IMG/VR virus record: IMGVR_UViG_3300020045_013707
Span: 1-37,068 of that record
Reading direction: 5' to 3' (one strand)
Length of the DNA: 37,068 nt
From: a virus
Taxonomy: Duplodnaviria > Caudoviricetes
Made by a program: the position numbers and the translations under genes. Position 1 is the first letter of the stretch; every line of letters begins with the position of its first letter. Shown piece after piece: positions 34,708 through 37,068 of this stretch. The notes under the pieces were generated by a model. That model made no database searches. It worked only from the letters and a program-made list of their open reading frames with translations, and had not been told where the DNA came from.

Positions 34708-35386
34708 TGATTTATTAGACACCTTTTCCCTCAAATATGACTATCCCGTAGTCGGAGCCCAACAAGGGTCTGAGGCTTGGTTTAACTTAAAGCTTGGCGT
34801 GATCTCGGCGAGCAACGCTTCTAAGGCTGTGGCGAAAAAGGGGAGTGAGACTCGAAAGAGCTATATGTACTCCCTTATTTCCCAAGTTGTGACGGGCCAA
34901 ATGCAGGACCTTCAGAATAAGTATGTCGATTGGGGAAAGCATCATGAGGATGCCGCGAGAGCGACCTATGAGATGCTCGTCAACGAGCCCATAGATGAGG
35001 TGCCCTTTGTCTTTAAGGACTCAAGCTTTCGCGAAGGATGCTCTCCCGACGCTATTGTGGGTGGCAAAAGAGGGTTAGAGATCAAATGCCCCTATAATAC
35101 CGACAATTATGTGGCCTTTTTGGTCGATAATAAGATCAAGCCCGAATACCAATGGCAATATCAGTACGCCATGCGGGTCCTAGACTGCGATCTTTTTGAT
35201 TTTGTGCAATTTGATCCGCGTGTTGAGAAAAAACCCATCAAGATCCTATCCGTTGAGCGCGATCCTGCCATGCAGGAAAAACTTGATAATGAGATCCCTG
35301 AATTTATTGCCGAAATGGACAAAGCTTTAAACAACCTAAACACTTCCTTTGGTAGCCAATGGAAGAAATTAAAAGAGAAAGGATAA
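34685..35386 (+). CDS. YqaJ/lambda-exonuclease family protein
   Basis: QGSEAWF..KLGVISAS; WGKHHEDAAR..YE; GCSPDA; GLEIKCP; YQWQYQ; FDPR. Confidence 0.92.
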   Translation: MKSIPQINDLLDTFSLKYDYPVVGAQQGSEAWFNLKLGVISASNASKAVAKKGSETRKSYMYSLISQVVTGQMQDLQNKYVDWGKHHEDAARATYEMLVNEPIDEVPFVFKDSSFREGCSPDAIVGGKRGLEIKCPYNTDNYVAFLVDNKIKPEYQWQYQYAMRVLDCDLFDFVQFDPRVEKKPIKILSVERDPAMQEKLDNEIPEFIAEMDKALNNLNTSFGSQWKKLKEKG

Positions 35387-35390
35387 TATT

Positions 35391-35780
35391 ATGTTAAACA
35401 AATGCACTTTTATCGGAAACCTTGGAAAGATTCCTGAGACCAAGACCGTGGGTGATTCTACAGTCTGTAACTTTTCACTCGCCATGAATGAGAAGTGGAA
35501 AGACAAGAGCGGTGAAGACAAAGAGAAAACCGAGTGGGTCAATGTCGTTTGCTGGGGAAAGCTTGCCGATATAGTTTCTAAGTACCTGACCAAGGGCTCA
35601 AAGGCCTATGTCGAGGGTAAACTTACAACCCGAAGCTGGGAAGATAAGAATGGAGAGAAGAGATACACAACTGAGATTGTGGCTTCTTCTGTTTTGTTTC
35701 TTGATTCTAAGCCTAGCACAGCAAAAAGTTCTGGCTCCTCACAGCCAAGCTTTGATTCTAGCGAGGAGATCCCTTTTTAA
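35391..35780 (+). CDS. ssb: Single-stranded DNA-binding protein
   Basis: NKCTFIGNLGK.PE; KTEW..VV.WGKLA; KGSKAYVEGKL.TRSW; acidic tail EEIPF. Confidence 0.97.
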   Translation: MLNKCTFIGNLGKIPETKTVGDSTVCNFSLAMNEKWKDKSGEDKEKTEWVNVVCWGKLADIVSKYLTKGSKAYVEGKLTTRSWEDKNGEKRYTTEIVASSVLFLDSKPSTAKSSGSSQPSFDSSEEIPF

Positions 35781-35989
35781 TGGCTAAAAGCAAAGTCTCT
35801 CAAGACAAAATAACCCCTCTTCTTTCGTTAGAAGAGGTGGCTCATTTCCTTGGCGTTAGTGAGCGCACCGTTCATAACTACAAGGACAAGAGGAACCTTA
35901 AGTATTACAAAGCGGGGAGCAAGATCCTTTTCCGCATGGAAGAGGTCTTGGCTTGGCTTGGGCGTGACCAGGAACAGGACCATAAATAA
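35780..35989 (+). CDS. Excisionase-like HTH DNA-binding protein (HTH_17 type)
   Basis: LLSLEEVAHFLGVSERTVHNY...L.YYKAG..I.F...EV.AWL. Confidence 0.88.
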   Translation: MAKSKVSQDKITPLLSLEEVAHFLGVSERTVHNYKDKRNLKYYKAGSKILFRMEEVLAWLGRDQEQDHK

Positions 35990-36009
35990 CCTTAAAGGAG
36001 AACGACATT

Positions 36010-36225
36010 ATGAAGCTAAAAGTATTGTCCTATGACCAACACTCGCACTCGTTTTTGGTTCGCGGCCCCTATGGCGATGAGCACCTCGTTTGCTTTGATA
36101 ATCTTCCCCAGGAACAACAGCCTATATTTACCGATCAATTGATAGGGAAAACGATAGACGTTGAGGCCCTTGTTCCTTATGTGATGATTGCTATCGAGCC
36201 CCGTATTGTTGAGGAAGAGTCATGA
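36010..36225 (+). CDS. Hypothetical protein
   Basis: AAGGAGAAC RBS at 35995. Confidence 0.75.
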   Translation: MKLKVLSYDQHSHSFLVRGPYGDEHLVCFDNLPQEQQPIFTDQLIGKTIDVEALVPYVMIAIEPRIVEEES

Positions 36226-36338
36226 ACGAAGAAGTGGGGATAGATGACCCAGATTATGACCCAACTCCATGGTGTTCTGGTTGTGGCTCAATGACTCGCA
36301 AGGGTTGTCACTGTGGACCTAGGGCGGAGAATGATTAA
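36222..36338 (+). CDS. 38-aa Cys-rich (CxxC...CxC) putative zinc-binding peptide
   Basis: MNEEVGIDDPDYDPTPWCSGCGSMTRKGCHCGPRAEND*. ATGA overlap upstream; abuts the ATG at 36339. Not in the ORF track. Confidence 0.75.
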   Translation: MNEEVGIDDPDYDPTPWCSGCGSMTRKGCHCGPRAEND

Positions 36339-36545
36339 ATGAAAAAGATCATGTGTTTTTTATTTAACCATAAGTACACCGAAAAATTGCGCTACATTGA
36401 AGATCTTGAAGTGATTGTAGTAACTCACCTTCAGTGTTCGCGCTGTGGCAAGCTTGATTGGAAGTCTGTCGAACGTGGCTTTGAGATGGCAAGAAATCAT
36501 CGCGAGAACTGGCTTAAACTTAGAATGAAAGACCTAGAAGAATGA
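36339..36545 (+). CDS. Small zinc-finger-like protein (DUF1660-like)
   Basis: MCFLFNHKY...CSRCG (C-H-C-C ligands). Confidence 0.75.
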   Translation: MKKIMCFLFNHKYTEKLRYIEDLEVIVVTHLQCSRCGKLDWKSVERGFEMARNHRENWLKLRMKDLEE

Positions 36546-36794
36546 CCAAAGTATTCACGCACATAGCGTCGGGATTAATGTGTTTAATTTTTATTTTGAA
36601 ACAGGAGACTTTTAGAGGCCGGAGGGATGCTGGGTTTCGGTAACAGCTCAGTGGCATTTGCGATGCTAAAATTATCATCCCTTTCGCCCCTAATTTACAT
36701 CATGTCGGATATAAAAACGGCGATTGGATATTAATTTATCTCTGATCGGATATAGGAGTATTTAAAATGCACTCGCTGCGGAAAGGTGGATTGA
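36542..36794 (+). pseudogene. Possible disrupted paralog of the 36339 gene
   Basis: N-terminal LMCLIF (36542 frame, stop at 36643) and C-terminal EYLKCTRCGKVD* (36756-36794, different frame), each coupled to the neighbouring gene. Confidence 0.4.
36612..36693 (+). ncRNA. Candidate structured RNA (three-way junction)
   Basis: 18-bp closing stem (16 pairs) enclosing two hairpins; G-U pairs favour the + strand. Confidence 0.35.
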
Positions 36795-37068
36795 TGAAAA
36801 CCTTGGATGAGAAAAGAGATGAGTTTAAAATTATTGCAGAACATCTTGGCTTAGACGGGTGGCATATTAAATATGTACACAAAAATGGTACTGTGACTTA
36901 TCCAGCAGAGCAAGAGTTAGAATTTGTCCATAGACACGAATTTGATAAACTAACCAAGCTCCTTGAGGATAAGGATAGGGTTATTGGAGTTATGCGAGAG
37001 GCTCTTGAGTTTTATAAAACTCACGGAGAGTTTCGACCATACAATGCGCCTAGTTCAAATTTTGTTAT
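36794..37068 (+). CDS. 5' part of 110-aa hypothetical protein continuing across the circular junction to position 131
   Basis: AAAGGTGG RBS-like sequence; MKTLDEKRDEFKII... open to the window end. Confidence 0.8.
   Translation, partial: MKTLDEKRDEFKIIAEHLGLDGWHIKYVHKNGTVTYPAEQELEFVHRHEFDKLTKLLEDKDRVIGVMREALEFYKTHGEFRPYNAPSSNFV
36996..37068 (+). repeat. Terminal direct repeat, right copy
   Basis: Identical to 1-73. Confidence 0.95.

Noticed and set aside
35780-35989. Evidence of lysogeny from the excisionase-like HTH
   Set aside because: No integrase or att site found; this HTH family also includes general regulators
36612-36693. c-di-GMP-I riboswitch or hammerhead ribozyme
   Set aside because: Minus-strand fragments (CGCAAA, GUUACCGA, CCUCCGGCCU) are in the wrong order for the riboswitch, and there is no CUGAnGA core for a hammerhead
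1-37068. Stop-codon reassignment
   Set aside because: Conserved genes are full length under the standard bacterial code, and TAA, TAG and TGA all end genes at tight junctions

Overview
The window is an apparently complete, circularly assembled ~37.0-kb dsDNA tailed-phage genome: bases 1-73 equal bases 36996-37068 and one ORF reads through the join. The minus strand from ~26.3 kb to ~0.6 kb carries a podovirus morphogenesis and lysis arm of the BPP-1/T7-like type. In order it encodes a probable TerS, head decoration/spike proteins, TerL, portal, scaffold, major capsid, tail tubular proteins A and B, internal virion proteins (one with a C-terminal GH24 lysozyme), a tail fibre, a spanin-like pair, a two-domain endolysin, a LamG protein and a metallophosphoesterase. 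A 1.4-kb mostly non-coding control region (26.33-27.77 kb) leads into a plus-strand early cassette containing an ArdC-like anti-restriction gene. Next come a minus-strand lambdoid-style replication block (initiator, DnaB-like helicase, DUF1064-like nuclease) and a divergent plus-strand recombination block (RecT, YqaJ exonuclease, SSB, HTH) followed by small ORFs. I found no polymerase, integrase, clear repressor, reverse transcriptase, tRNA or CRISPR. The spanin-like lipoprotein suggests a Gram-negative host. The most unusual signals are non-coding: (i) four Fur-box-like 7-1-7 palindromes at an exact 33-bp period, with further copies over the -35 of the capsid promoter and in the start of terS; (ii) facing G-run and C-run clusters; (iii) a capsid leader with a twin RNA motif; (iv) a three-way-junction RNA-like element inside a broken paralogous gene; and (v) repeated gene-junction motifs in the early cassette. 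All product calls come from motif recognition and synteny by eye, not from database searches.
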